Positions 19,023 through 27,895 of a DNA stretch of 64,000 bases are shown in pieces. Below the pieces are notes generated by a model, which was given only the letters and a program-made list of their open reading frames with translations, had not been told where the DNA came from and made no database searches. Each line of letters opens with the position of its first letter. The stretch's first letter is position 1. This DNA is from Candidatus Latescibacterota bacterium (GTDB lineage Bacteria; Latescibacterota; UBA2968; GCA-2709665). Location: assembly GCA_965248435.1 (NCBI GenBank), contig OZ252100.1, forward strand, positions 5,152,001 to 5,216,000, given 5' to 3'. The position numbers and the translations under genes are program-made.

Positions 19023-19208
19023 CGTGCTACTCCTATCGCCATCAGATAGTGAACCTGCTATCCACGAGGATTACCCAGCCGGTGTGACGGTGGATTCGGC
19101 CGAAGCTCATCCGAGGCTTTGGTCCGACCCGGAACATGTCTTAACTGTCCGCAATTTAATCAATGATCTCGAAGGTGTCAAAAACTGTCGGTGCCCGGCC
19201 TTCTTGCA

Positions 19209-19270
19209 GTCATTCAGGCGTAACCTTTTTTCTTTGGTAATTGCGCAACTGCACCCATTTTGCTACCGTT
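19209..19270 (+). repeat. tRNA-Leu-linked repeat copy 5 (half terminator + arm)
   Basis: GTCATTCAGGCGTAACCTTTTT..AATTGCGCAACTGCACCCATTTTGCTACCGTT. Confidence 0.75.
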
Positions 19271-19566
19271 CACAGACGAGCGGAAGAGTCCAGATTGTTG
19301 TCTTTCCCTACCACGAACAGGTTCGGATTAAGACCCTATGGGGTGGATTCTGCGAAGTTCGTGATACACCCCCGCGCCAGACAATATTGTTGGTTCGCTG
19401 ATACCGTAGTTGAACTAAACCGCTTCGCGGTGGCCTGCTGCAAGGCCTTTGCTCTTTGACAACCAGGATATGATACCGTGCAAGTCCGGAGCCACTTTGC
19501 AAATGGCTCTGTGCTTCGCATCCTCCTTCTGCTAACAACGTCCACCATCAGCAGAAGGAGAGAGCC

Positions 19567-20418
19567 ATGACCAAGCATCGGAAGCGAATGATCCGGGACA
19601 TGCAGTTGAAAGGTTTAGATCCGGATACGCAGAAGGCGTACGTGAGCGGAGTGGCCGGGCTGTGTCGTTACTGCAAGACACCGCCCGACCGGCTCAGCGA
19701 AGAAGAGATCCGCGCCTATCTGCACTATCTGATCACTGAGCGGAAGCTGTCCCAAAGCTATGTCAACCAGGTATACAGCGGACTGAAGTTTCTGTTCCAA
19801 ACGACGTTGAAGCGTGACTGGGTCGAGTGGGGCATCCCGCGTGCGAAGAAGGCAAAGAAGCTCCCGGTGGTACTCTCCACAGAGGAAGTGCAGCGGCTGA
19901 TCGACAGGACCAACAACCTGAAACACCGTACGCTGCTGATGGTCATTTACTCTGGTGGGCTCAGACTGAGTGAGGCCATCGGGCTAAAGCTTTCCGATAT
20001 CGACAGTGACCGGATGCTGATCCGTGTGCGGGGCAAAGGCCAAAAAGAGCGAGAGACGCTTCTGGCCCAGGAGGCGTTAAAGGCACTCCGCGTCTACTGG
20101 CGCAGCTACCAGCCTCGCGATTGGCTGTTCCCTGGCGAAAGACCGGATGCACCGCTCCACGCCCGCAGTGTCCAGAAAGTCTTCGAGCAGGCCTGCCGAC
20201 GCGCCGAGATACAAAAGCGTGCGAGTGTCCATTCTCTGCGTCACAGCTTCGCCACACATCTTCTGGACAACGGAGTGGACGTCCGTTTCGTCCAACAACT
20301 GTTGGGTCACACGAGCCTGCGAACCACCACCGTCTACCTCCACGTCACCACTCGCGATCTCACGCGTATCAGAAGCCCCCTGGACCTTTTGGGAGATGAA
20401 GACAAGCCGACCTTGTAG
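19567..20418 (+). CDS. Tyrosine recombinase (IS91-associated type)
   Basis: N-terminal SAM-like domain, YSGGLRLSE, GKGQKER, HSLRHSFATHLL, LLGH..TTxY. Confidence 0.95.
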   Translation: MTKHRKRMIRDMQLKGLDPDTQKAYVSGVAGLCRYCKTPPDRLSEEEIRAYLHYLITERKLSQSYVNQVYSGLKFLFQTTLKRDWVEWGIPRAKKAKKLPVVLSTEEVQRLIDRTNNLKHRTLLMVIYSGGLRLSEAIGLKLSDIDSDRMLIRVRGKGQKERETLLAQEALKALRVYWRSYQPRDWLFPGERPDAPLHARSVQKVFEQACRRAEIQKRASVHSLRHSFATHLLDNGVDVRFVQQLLGHTSLRTTTVYLHVTTRDLTRIRSPLDLLGDEDKPTL

Positions 20419-20430
20419 CAGAGGTCGGCC

Positions 20431-21615
20431 ATGTCACAGCCTCTCGAAGTCGCCGACATCTTCCGAGTCCACGGAGATGGGTATCAAGCACACTACGGTG
20501 ATCACATGCCGCTTCGGCAGAAGCGGGCCATGCGAGCCATCCAGATCTGCCGAACAGCTGCGCTGGGCGGACACGTGGAAGTGTGCGGGCAGTGCGGAAC
20601 GAAGCGGATCGCCTACAACTCCTGCCGCAACCGGCACTGTACGAAGTGCCAGTTCCTGACGACCGAACGATGGATCGACGCTCGTAAAGAGGATCTCCTT
20701 CCGATCCCATACTTCCACGTCGTCTTCACGTTGCCCGAGCCCCTGCGGCCGCTTGCTCTGCGGAACCAGAAGCTGATCTACAACCTGGTGTTTAAAGCCG
20801 CATCGCAGAGTCTTCTGGAGCTGGCGCGGGAACGGAAGTATCTTGGAGCGCAGATCGGCTTTACCGCCGTGCTTCATACATGGTCTCAGACACTCATCGA
20901 CCACCCGCATCTGCACTGTATCGTAACTGGAGGTGGGCTGACCCACGACGGTCAGGAATGGAAGGCGGCGCGACGGGGCTTCTTTCTACCCGTAAAAGTT
21001 CTGTCCCGACTGTTCCGGGGGAAGTTCCTCGCGTTCCTGAAGGACGCGCACCAGGAAGGCCTTCTGGCGTTTCCGGGATTGAGTGCTCCACTGGAAGATG
21101 CGTTCTTCGATCTGCTTCGGGGTCTTTACCAGAGGGAATGGACCGTTTACGTCAAGCCGACTTTTGCGGGTCCAGAACGCATCGTGGCCTATCTGGGACG
21201 ATACACGCACCGGATCGCCATCTCCAACCACCGGCTGGTCGCCTGTGAGGGCGACCGGGTCTCATTCCACTACCGGGACCGCCAGGCCGGCAACCGACGG
21301 AAGCTGATGACCGTCGATGCCTACGAGTTCATCCGGCGGTTCCTGCTTCACATCCTGCCGGATGGCTTCGTGAAGATCCGGCACTACGGACTGCTCAGCA
21401 ATCGGGGTCGCCGGAAAAAGCTCGCACGATGCCGTAGGCTCCTGGGCACTGTATGCACGACGGCTTCCGCAGCCACAAAGGCGACCTGGCAGGACCTTCT
21501 GTTCCGGGTAACAGGCATCGATCTTCAGGTCTGTGCGCAGTGCGGAGGCCCTATGCTCACAGTCGGAACCCTCGCGCCTCTGCGAGCGCCTCCGGCACAT
21601 GTTGCCGTAGCTTGA
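20431..21615 (+). CDS. IS91-family HUH (Y2) transposase
   Basis: Zn-binding CxxC..SCRNRHCxKC, HVVFTLP, HTW..HPHLHC, YLGRYTHR, HILPxGFVKIRHYG. Confidence 0.95.
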   Translation: MSQPLEVADIFRVHGDGYQAHYGDHMPLRQKRAMRAIQICRTAALGGHVEVCGQCGTKRIAYNSCRNRHCTKCQFLTTERWIDARKEDLLPIPYFHVVFTLPEPLRPLALRNQKLIYNLVFKAASQSLLELARERKYLGAQIGFTAVLHTWSQTLIDHPHLHCIVTGGGLTHDGQEWKAARRGFFLPVKVLSRLFRGKFLAFLKDAHQEGLLAFPGLSAPLEDAFFDLLRGLYQREWTVYVKPTFAGPERIVAYLGRYTHRIAISNHRLVACEGDRVSFHYRDRQAGNRRKLMTVDAYEFIRRFLLHILPDGFVKIRHYGLLSNRGRRKKLARCRRLLGTVCTTASAATKATWQDLLFRVTGIDLQVCAQCGGPMLTVGTLAPLRAPPAHVAVA

Positions 21616-22005
21616 GCTCCTACACCATCCCTTGTCCGCAAGCCCAACCACCCAACACGGCAGTAGTCTGTCCACTCTTTGAGCTTGGTAGAGCGACTAT
21701 GGGATCCTGCGACATCGGCCCCTCCAAACAGCTTCAAATACGGTCCGATGACTGGGCCAGCCCAGCGGTCCTTACACAAGAATCACTCATCCAATCCCCA
21801 TAGGCAGGTGAAGCGGCTTCGTTCAACACCGTGTATCCGGAATCCCGCTCCCGTCCACGCTTCTCCGACTCCGGATACACGCTTAATCGTTATACGAAAT
21901 TACCCATCCCTAGATAGACGTGGGGCGCTGCAAAAACAGAACCACTCCTGTACTTTTATACCGCTTCTGTATTTATCTGTAACAGGTCGATAAGGGAGGG
22001 ATATT

Positions 22006-23205
22006 TTGAAAATAACTGCCATCGAGACGATCCGGATCGAAGAGTTCTCCAATATGCTGTGGGTACAGATCCATACGGATGAGGGCTTGGTAGGGCTCGG
22101 TGAGACTTTATACGGACCACAGTCCGTAGAGGGCCATATCCATGGGATCATCGCGCCCTATCTGATCGGTCAAGATCCCCTGTTAATCGATCGCCACACC
22201 AGTCATCTGATCGGCTACGTTGGATTCAACGGATCCAGCGCTGAACAGCGAGGGCGCTCGGCCATCGATATAGCTCTCTGGGACGTGTGGGGACAGGCCA
22301 CGGGCCAACCCATTCATCAGTTGTTGGGTGGGGCCGTACGGGAGGATATTCGCGTTTATAATACCTGCGGTGGCTATGGGTATGCTCGCTTTAAGCCCGT
22401 GTACGATACTTCCGGTTTCGAATTACCCGACACGGGCGCTAAGGGTCCTTACGAGGATCTAGACGCCTTCCTCAACCATGCGGACGAATTAGCGCACAGC
22501 CTGTTGGCCATGGGGATTACGGGAATGAAGATCTGGCCTTTCGATGCAGCCGCAGAGGCCTCGAACGGGGCCTACATCTCCGCAGCCGATCAGGAGCAAG
22601 CATTACTGCCGTTCGCCCAAATTCGAGAAGCCGTTGGCAACTCTATGGACGTCATGTGCGAATTGCATGGATTATGGAATCGCCCTACAGCCAAGACAAT
22701 TGTTGCTGCGTTGGAAGAATTTAATCCGCTCTGGATCGAAGACCCCGTCCAGATGGATCAGCTTGAAAGTCTGGGTGAGGTACAGGCATCGACCCGTGTG
22801 CCCATCGCTACAGGTGAAACGCTGGGGGGCAGAGCCCAATTTAAAGACTTGCTGCAGCGCAATGGGTGCGGGGTGGTGATTATGGACGTCGCTTGGTGCG
22901 GGGGCATCTCGGAAGCACGAAAGATCGGGGCCATGGCCGAAGCCTGGCATGTTCCCGTTGCCTTCCACGACTGCACCGGCCCCGTGGTGCTAGCCGCTTC
23001 GACCCATCTGGCACTTAACGCCAGAAACTGTTTCGTTCAGGAAATCGTGCGGGCCTTCTACTACGATTGGTACAAAGAGGTGGCCACTCATCTGCCGCCG
23101 CTGAAAGAAGGACGCATTTCGGCCCCCGACGGTCCTGGACTGGGGCTCAAACTCATCCCCGACAGATTAAAGACCCGTGACGTACACGTCCGGCGAAGCG
23201 AGTGA
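22006..23205 (+). CDS. Mandelate racemase/acid-sugar dehydratase family enzyme
   Basis: GLGET, SAIDIALWD, MKIWPFD, ELH, WIEDP, GET, HDCTGP. Confidence 0.9.
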   Translation: MKITAIETIRIEEFSNMLWVQIHTDEGLVGLGETLYGPQSVEGHIHGIIAPYLIGQDPLLIDRHTSHLIGYVGFNGSSAEQRGRSAIDIALWDVWGQATGQPIHQLLGGAVREDIRVYNTCGGYGYARFKPVYDTSGFELPDTGAKGPYEDLDAFLNHADELAHSLLAMGITGMKIWPFDAAAEASNGAYISAADQEQALLPFAQIREAVGNSMDVMCELHGLWNRPTAKTIVAALEEFNPLWIEDPVQMDQLESLGEVQASTRVPIATGETLGGRAQFKDLLQRNGCGVVIMDVAWCGGISEARKIGAMAEAWHVPVAFHDCTGPVVLAASTHLALNARNCFVQEIVRAFYYDWYKEVATHLPPLKEGRISAPDGPGLGLKLIPDRLKTRDVHVRRSE

Positions 23206-23354
23206 GCACCAGTGATGGTGCGTGCATTATCACCGCCATGAATGTCAATATTGAGAGAGGCAACCACCCGCCTCCGCGGGACAGCAGCCGTCGGCCATGC
23301 TGACCGTTACACCCAAGCGGCCAGATTGGATAGGGCGCGCGCAGAGAGAATAGG

Positions 23355-24086
23355 ATGAATCACAAAGACGATAAACCTATCGGACTACGATCTTATGAAA
23401 GTTGGGCAGAACGCTATGCCGCGGCTGTAGACTCAAAACCTCCCAATGCACACTGTGAACGCCCTGCTATGCTGTCATTGCTCCCAGAAATCAAGGGAAA
23501 GCATGTGCTCGATGCCGGATGTGGTCCAGGTTGGTATGCTGAGCATTTAGTCTCCAGTGGCGCCAAAGTTACTGCTATTGATGTCACACCAAAGATGGTG
23601 GAAATTACAAAGGAGAGATTGGGCACGTCGGTAGATGTGTACGAGGCAGATCTGAGTAAACCTCTCGACTTTCTGGAGAGTGGATCAGTCGACTGCATCG
23701 TTTGCTCGCTAACGCTACACTACATCGAAGATTGGGCAGATGTCTTTACGGAGATGTACCGCATACTCCGCGAATCAGGCCATTTGGTGTTCTCCACACA
23801 TCATCCCTTCAACCCCTCAGTACTGGAACAAGGCAAGTACTTTGAGACAGAGCTGGTTGAAGATGTATGGGGAAGTTTTGGCAAGCCTAAAGTCAAGGTG
23901 CAGTTTTTTAATCGACCCCTAAGTGAGATGATTCTGCCCTTACATACGGCGGGTTTTCTTGTCGAACAGATTATCGAACCACTCCCTACTGAAGAATGCA
24001 AAGAACGGTATCCGGAGTTTTATAAGAGTGTGTCACAATGTCCTTGGTTTCTTTGTGTCCGAGCAAAAAAGAAATTGAAGGCATGA
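23355..24086 (+). CDS. Class I SAM-dependent methyltransferase
   Basis: ERPAM..VLDAGCGPG, SLTLHYIEDW, LVFSTHHP. Confidence 0.9.
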   Translation: MNHKDDKPIGLRSYESWAERYAAAVDSKPPNAHCERPAMLSLLPEIKGKHVLDAGCGPGWYAEHLVSSGAKVTAIDVTPKMVEITKERLGTSVDVYEADLSKPLDFLESGSVDCIVCSLTLHYIEDWADVFTEMYRILRESGHLVFSTHHPFNPSVLEQGKYFETELVEDVWGSFGKPKVKVQFFNRPLSEMILPLHTAGFLVEQIIEPLPTEECKERYPEFYKSVSQCPWFLCVRAKKKLKA

Positions 24087-24189
24087 GGCTATAGCGCGCG
24101 CACGGCAGCCGGCGCCTGACTGACACCTCGTTTCAGTCTGCGCCCCGCCTGGGGATGAATCTTTCACATCGCTGGGGGAATTCCACGAA

Positions 24190-25122
24190 ATGGATCGAAC
24201 CACGCTTGGCAGAACGGGCCTCGAGGTCAGCGTCGTAGGAATCGGCGCCGGAGGTCCGAGCCGGATCGGCAAGAGAACCGGTAAGACGGACCGGGAGTCG
24301 GCCGACATCGCCCTGAAGGCGTTCGAGGCCGGCGTCAACTTCATCGACACGGCTGAGGGATACGGTACCGAGCCGATCATCCGGCTGGCTCTCGAGGACA
24401 TTCCACGTGACCAGCTGATCATCTCGACCAAGAAAAGCTCGAAGGGTCGAACAGCCGACTCTGTCGTCACAAGCTGCGTAGAGAGCCTGGAGCGGCTCGG
24501 GACCGACTACATCGACGTCTACAGCCTCCACGCCGTCTTCCCCGATGACTACGCGCGATGCTGCGAAGAGCTCTACCCGGAGCTGGTCAAACTGCAGGAA
24601 GCGGGCAAGATCCGCTACATCGGCATCACGGAGACGTTCAACTCGGACAAGGCGCACGACACGCTGAAAGCCGCCCTCGCCGACGACCTGTGGGACGTCG
24701 CCATGGTCGGGTTCAACATCCTGAACCAGACCGCGCGGGACGCTGTTTTCGCGAGGGCGATCGAACAGGACGTCGGGATTCAAGTGATGTTCGCCGTTCG
24801 CACAGCAATGAGCGACCCCGCGTTCCTCGTCGAGGTAGTCGGCGGGCTGATCGAGGCCGGTCAGCTGGATGCGGGCGATCTGGACGACCTCGGCCATCCG
24901 CTCGACTTCCTCGTCCACGAGAGCGGCGCGGTCAGCATTCCCGACGCCGCCTACCGCTTCTGCCGATACGAGCCCGGCACGCACGTCATTCTGTCCGGAA
25001 CCGGCAATCCCGATCACCTGCAGGAAAACATCGCGAGCTTCGAGCGCCCACCGCTTCCTCAGGCCGACGTCGACCGCCTGAAGCACATCTTCCGCAACGT
25101 CGATTCCATCACCGGTCAGTAG
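24190..25122 (+). CDS. Aldo/keto reductase
   Basis: LGRTGLEVS, IDTAEGYG, SLERLGTDYID, GKIRYIG. Confidence 0.92.
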   Translation: MDRTTLGRTGLEVSVVGIGAGGPSRIGKRTGKTDRESADIALKAFEAGVNFIDTAEGYGTEPIIRLALEDIPRDQLIISTKKSSKGRTADSVVTSCVESLERLGTDYIDVYSLHAVFPDDYARCCEELYPELVKLQEAGKIRYIGITETFNSDKAHDTLKAALADDLWDVAMVGFNILNQTARDAVFARAIEQDVGIQVMFAVRTAMSDPAFLVEVVGGLIEAGQLDAGDLDDLGHPLDFLVHESGAVSIPDAAYRFCRYEPGTHVILSGTGNPDHLQENIASFERPPLPQADVDRLKHIFRNVDSITGQ

Positions 25123-25305
25123 GTGACCGCTCGATTCGACTTCGCGGTCGTGGGGTGTGGCTGCTCTCTGCGCATTTTGTTTTCTGAGGCCACGGCCACT
25201 TCGTCAGCCCGCAGACCGAACGTTACACGCAAGCGGCGCAAGAGTTCCCACCACCCCCACTCGGATTAATTGTGCACAGGAAAAATCGGAAAGCAGGCAG
25301 ACCTA

Positions 25306-25905
25306 GTGCGTTTTCATTTTATCCGACACGGTAAGAGAGACCGCAAGATCGGCGATCCTCCATTGACATCAGAGGGTCGAGAAGAGGCAGAACTACTCGC
25401 CAGGAAGTTAGCATCAAACGGCATCGCACGAATTTTCAGCAGTCCGCTGGCACGAACAAGAGAGACAGCGGAGATCATCGCCACCATTTTGAATCTTGAA
25501 GTTACTGAAGATTCACGGCTACGTGAACGAATGAATTGGGGTGACATCGAAGGCCAACCTTTCGACGAGTTCGTAACCGAATGGGAGCGGTGTAGCAGAG
25601 AACGAGACTACCAACCCAGTGTTGGCGATTCAAGCCTTGGCGCTGGTAGACGCATTGAGGCTTTTGTATCCGATCGCTACCTTCAAGCATTCAAAGACAC
25701 TGTGATTGCGGTGACCCATGGCGGCATCCTGGCAGACTTCCTTCTCAACGTTTTCTCATCTGAAGAACTGGGTCGCGTGTGTTCGAAATTTTGTGATGAC
25801 CCATACAGTGGCGAAGTCATGCGTGAGTGCTCGATTACAACCGTTTCGTATGACGGGAACCGGCATGGACTCGACGCTGTTGGGGTCGTCCTATTTGGGG
25901 ATTAA
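25306..25905 (+). CDS. Histidine phosphatase (PGM-like) family protein
   Basis: RHG, SSPLARTRETA, LRE, VTHGG; start uncertain. Confidence 0.88.
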   Translation: MRFHFIRHGKRDRKIGDPPLTSEGREEAELLARKLASNGIARIFSSPLARTRETAEIIATILNLEVTEDSRLRERMNWGDIEGQPFDEFVTEWERCSRERDYQPSVGDSSLGAGRRIEAFVSDRYLQAFKDTVIAVTHGGILADFLLNVFSSEELGRVCSKFCDDPYSGEVMRECSITTVSYDGNRHGLDAVGVVLFGD

Positions 25906-25994
25906 TTCTGAGCAGAAGTCGAATATTCACTACGTTTACGGCGGTCCAGCATATATCAAACTTATCTTGAATGTGATCCCTATCAGGAGTGATC

Positions 25995-26140
25995 ATGGTT
26001 GCCCGTGAAGTGGAGAGAGTTGAAGTCGTTGACTATGACGAATTATGGCCCGCCGCATTCCAGAGAGGACGTGAAGTGCTCATCAATGCGATCGGCGAGT
26101 ACGTGGTTGGCAGCATTCAACACGTCGGCAGTACTTCAGT
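25995..26140 (+). pseudogene. GrpB-family protein 5' stub
   Basis: VEVVDYDxxWPxxF..IQHVGSTSV, after which homology is lost. Confidence 0.75.
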
Positions 26141-26333
26141 TCACGGGCCCACTGGCTTCAGAAAGGTGGAGAGCTGTATAACAAGCCAACGCACTACGAC
26201 TCCAGACGAATTGCCTGTGTTTCATCAACGAATTCATAAACACAGGCTATTTTTGTTGATCGGCGACGGAGGACGAAGCGATCTTTCACGACCACGCAGA
26301 CATAGTCACAGATTAAATCCGTAAGGAGGTCAA

Positions 26334-26846
26334 ATGCCACTCAAATACAAAGAAGGCCAGACGTTTCCATCGATCAGCTTGATCGACGATCGAGGGAACG
26401 AAGTTTCGATTGCAGAGGTGGCGAGCCGACAGCCGCTGATCCTTGCGTTCTACCGCGGGCCCTGGTGACCGAAGTGACAGGTTCAACTGAAGGAACTGGT
26501 CCAGTTCCATACACGAACAGAAGTGGCTTCCTGCCGAATCGCCGTCGTTTCCGTGGATCCCCCAAGGGTTCAGGAAGCTTTCAAAGCGGGTTTGGGTGCT
26601 CGGTTCCCCTTTCTGAGTGACGAGAATCTGACGCTCACCGACGAGCTCGGCATCCGCGAGTCGACGGATACGCGTCACGGTCCGCTGCCCGTGCCCTTTA
26701 CGTTCGCGCTGCTGCCCGATCTGACCATTCATCGAATTTTCAACGGTTGGTACTTTGTCGGCAGACCCACGCCGGATGAGCTGAGGATCACGATTCGGGA
26801 AATGATGGCCAGGGCCGTGAAGGACCTCGACTTCAGGGGAGAGTAA
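26334..26846 (+). CDS. AhpC/TSA peroxiredoxin-like selenoprotein with UxxU motif (170 aa)
   Basis: AAGGAGGT RBS, ATG 26334; LAFYRGPW-TGA-PK-TGA-QVQL in frame with ORF 26523-26846 (VSVD, FPFLSD, GRPT); downstream hairpin. Confidence 0.85.
26481..26518 (+). promoter_or_regulatory. Bacterial SECIS-like hairpin
   Basis: GGAACT-GGTCC-AGTTCC upper stem-loop plus GTTC/GAAC lower stem; loop about 20 and 29 nt after the two TGA codons. Confidence 0.65.
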
Positions 26847-26968
26847 GACGGCGATTTGGCCCTGAATGAAGTCACACGCGCCAATTTTCTTTCTGCCTGT
26901 AACGAAAAAGGAGGGGCCAGGGGCAGTTCTGACGATAAGATTGTTCATAGCCCCCACTAGCCTCTACC

Positions 26969-27067
26969 GGGCAGTGGGGCGCGCCCCGTCGGGGTTCGAA
27001 TCCCCGCTTCGGCACCCATGAAAAAACGAAGGGTTACGTCATCAAGACGTAACCCCATTTTTGTGCC
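26969..27067 (+). repeat. tRNA-Leu-linked repeat copy 6 (about 48 bp tRNA 3' part + terminator)
   Basis: GGGCAGTGGGGCGCGCCCCGTCGGGGTTCGAATCCCCGCTTCGGCACC then GGGTTACGTC-ATCAA-GACGTAACCC. Confidence 0.93.
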
Positions 27068-27114
27068 TCGAAACCTCGGCGTCCGTATAGCGTCCATTCA
27101 ACCTTACGCCTCAC

Positions 27115-27423
27115 TCAGAGTTGGAGCGCCTTCTCTATCTTATCCTCCTTTTCCTCGGGCTGCTGCTGGCCTTGCATACGAAGGCCAAGGTCATCCATGA
27201 TCTCCTTCATACGGTTGATGCGTTCCTCCGTCTCCTCCATCTCTTCGGTTACTTCGGCCAGCCCATCCTTAGCGGACTTAAGTCTTTTCCGAGCGCCCAC
27301 CAGGCCTGACTTGACGCTGATCAGTCGCTGCTCAAGCTTTCGCTTTCCAAACGAGGTGTAGTACTTGACGACGACCACAGCGAAAAGAGCTACGGCAACC
27401 CAAATCATAGTCCAAAACCCCAT
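27115..27423 (-). CDS. Small membrane-anchored coiled-coil hypothetical protein
   Basis: N-terminal TM helix then charged heptad-rich helix. Confidence 0.7.
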   Translation of the reverse strand: MGFWTMIWVAVALFAVVVVKYYTSFGKRKLEQRLISVKSGLVGARKRLKSAKDGLAEVTEEMEETEERINRMKEIMDDLGLRMQGQQQPEEKEDKIEKALQL

Positions 27424-27801
27424 TGAGGGACTGAGTCAGATGGCTCACGAAAAACATCGTCCAGTTCCTATGTACGGCTTCCTCAAAGGTATGTCAAACA
27501 GTATCCTCAAACTCCTCTCCAGCCTGTCGCGTTCCTGACAGAAAATTGAGACCTGTTTTTTCAGTCTGATAGCGTTATCAGATACAACGTGCCGATCTCT
27601 GCTAAGGTCGAGAAAACTCTTAAGTACACGTGCAGAAAGAGGCTACACCTCGCCAGTTGCCGAGACGCATCTGTTGGTGCTGCCAGTATTAAGATAGAGC
27701 CTACTCTCTCTGAATCGTCAAGTTCAGTTCCTCGAATACGGGCTGGAACCGCAGGTCCCTCACTTCTGCCGCCGGCCGCTCCCTTGGCCGCTCTCCCTGC
27801 A

Positions 27802-27830
27802 TTGACAAGCTGGTGAGTCCAGCCTAGATT
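27802..27830 (+). promoter_or_regulatory. Sigma70-type promoter
   Basis: TTGACA-N17-TAGATT about 65 bp upstream of ATG 27896. Confidence 0.6.
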
Positions 27831-27895
27831 AGCGCCTGTGAACAGTGCGCTGAATCAAACTTCCTGTCCCTTATCGTCATAAGAAAGAAGGAAAA

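Larger units (their letters stand above)
19409..21895 (+). mobile_element. IS91-family element with upstream tyrosine recombinase, cassette-like ends
   Basis: Starts GTTGAACTAAACCGC, ends GCGGCTTCGTTCAAC (21813-21827) followed by an attC-like hairpin to GTTATAC. Confidence 0.8.

Noticed and set aside
19567-20418. Recombinase as the tRNA-island integrase or an integron IntI
   Set aside because: Short, coupled to the IS91 transposase inside shared ends, not adjacent to the tRNA, and no evident arm-binding extension or IntI insertion; a role in trans is not excluded
6127-27067. tRNA-like copies as additional tRNA genes or a CRISPR array
   Set aside because: They lack the 5' half of the tRNA, spacing is kilobases, and no cas genes are present
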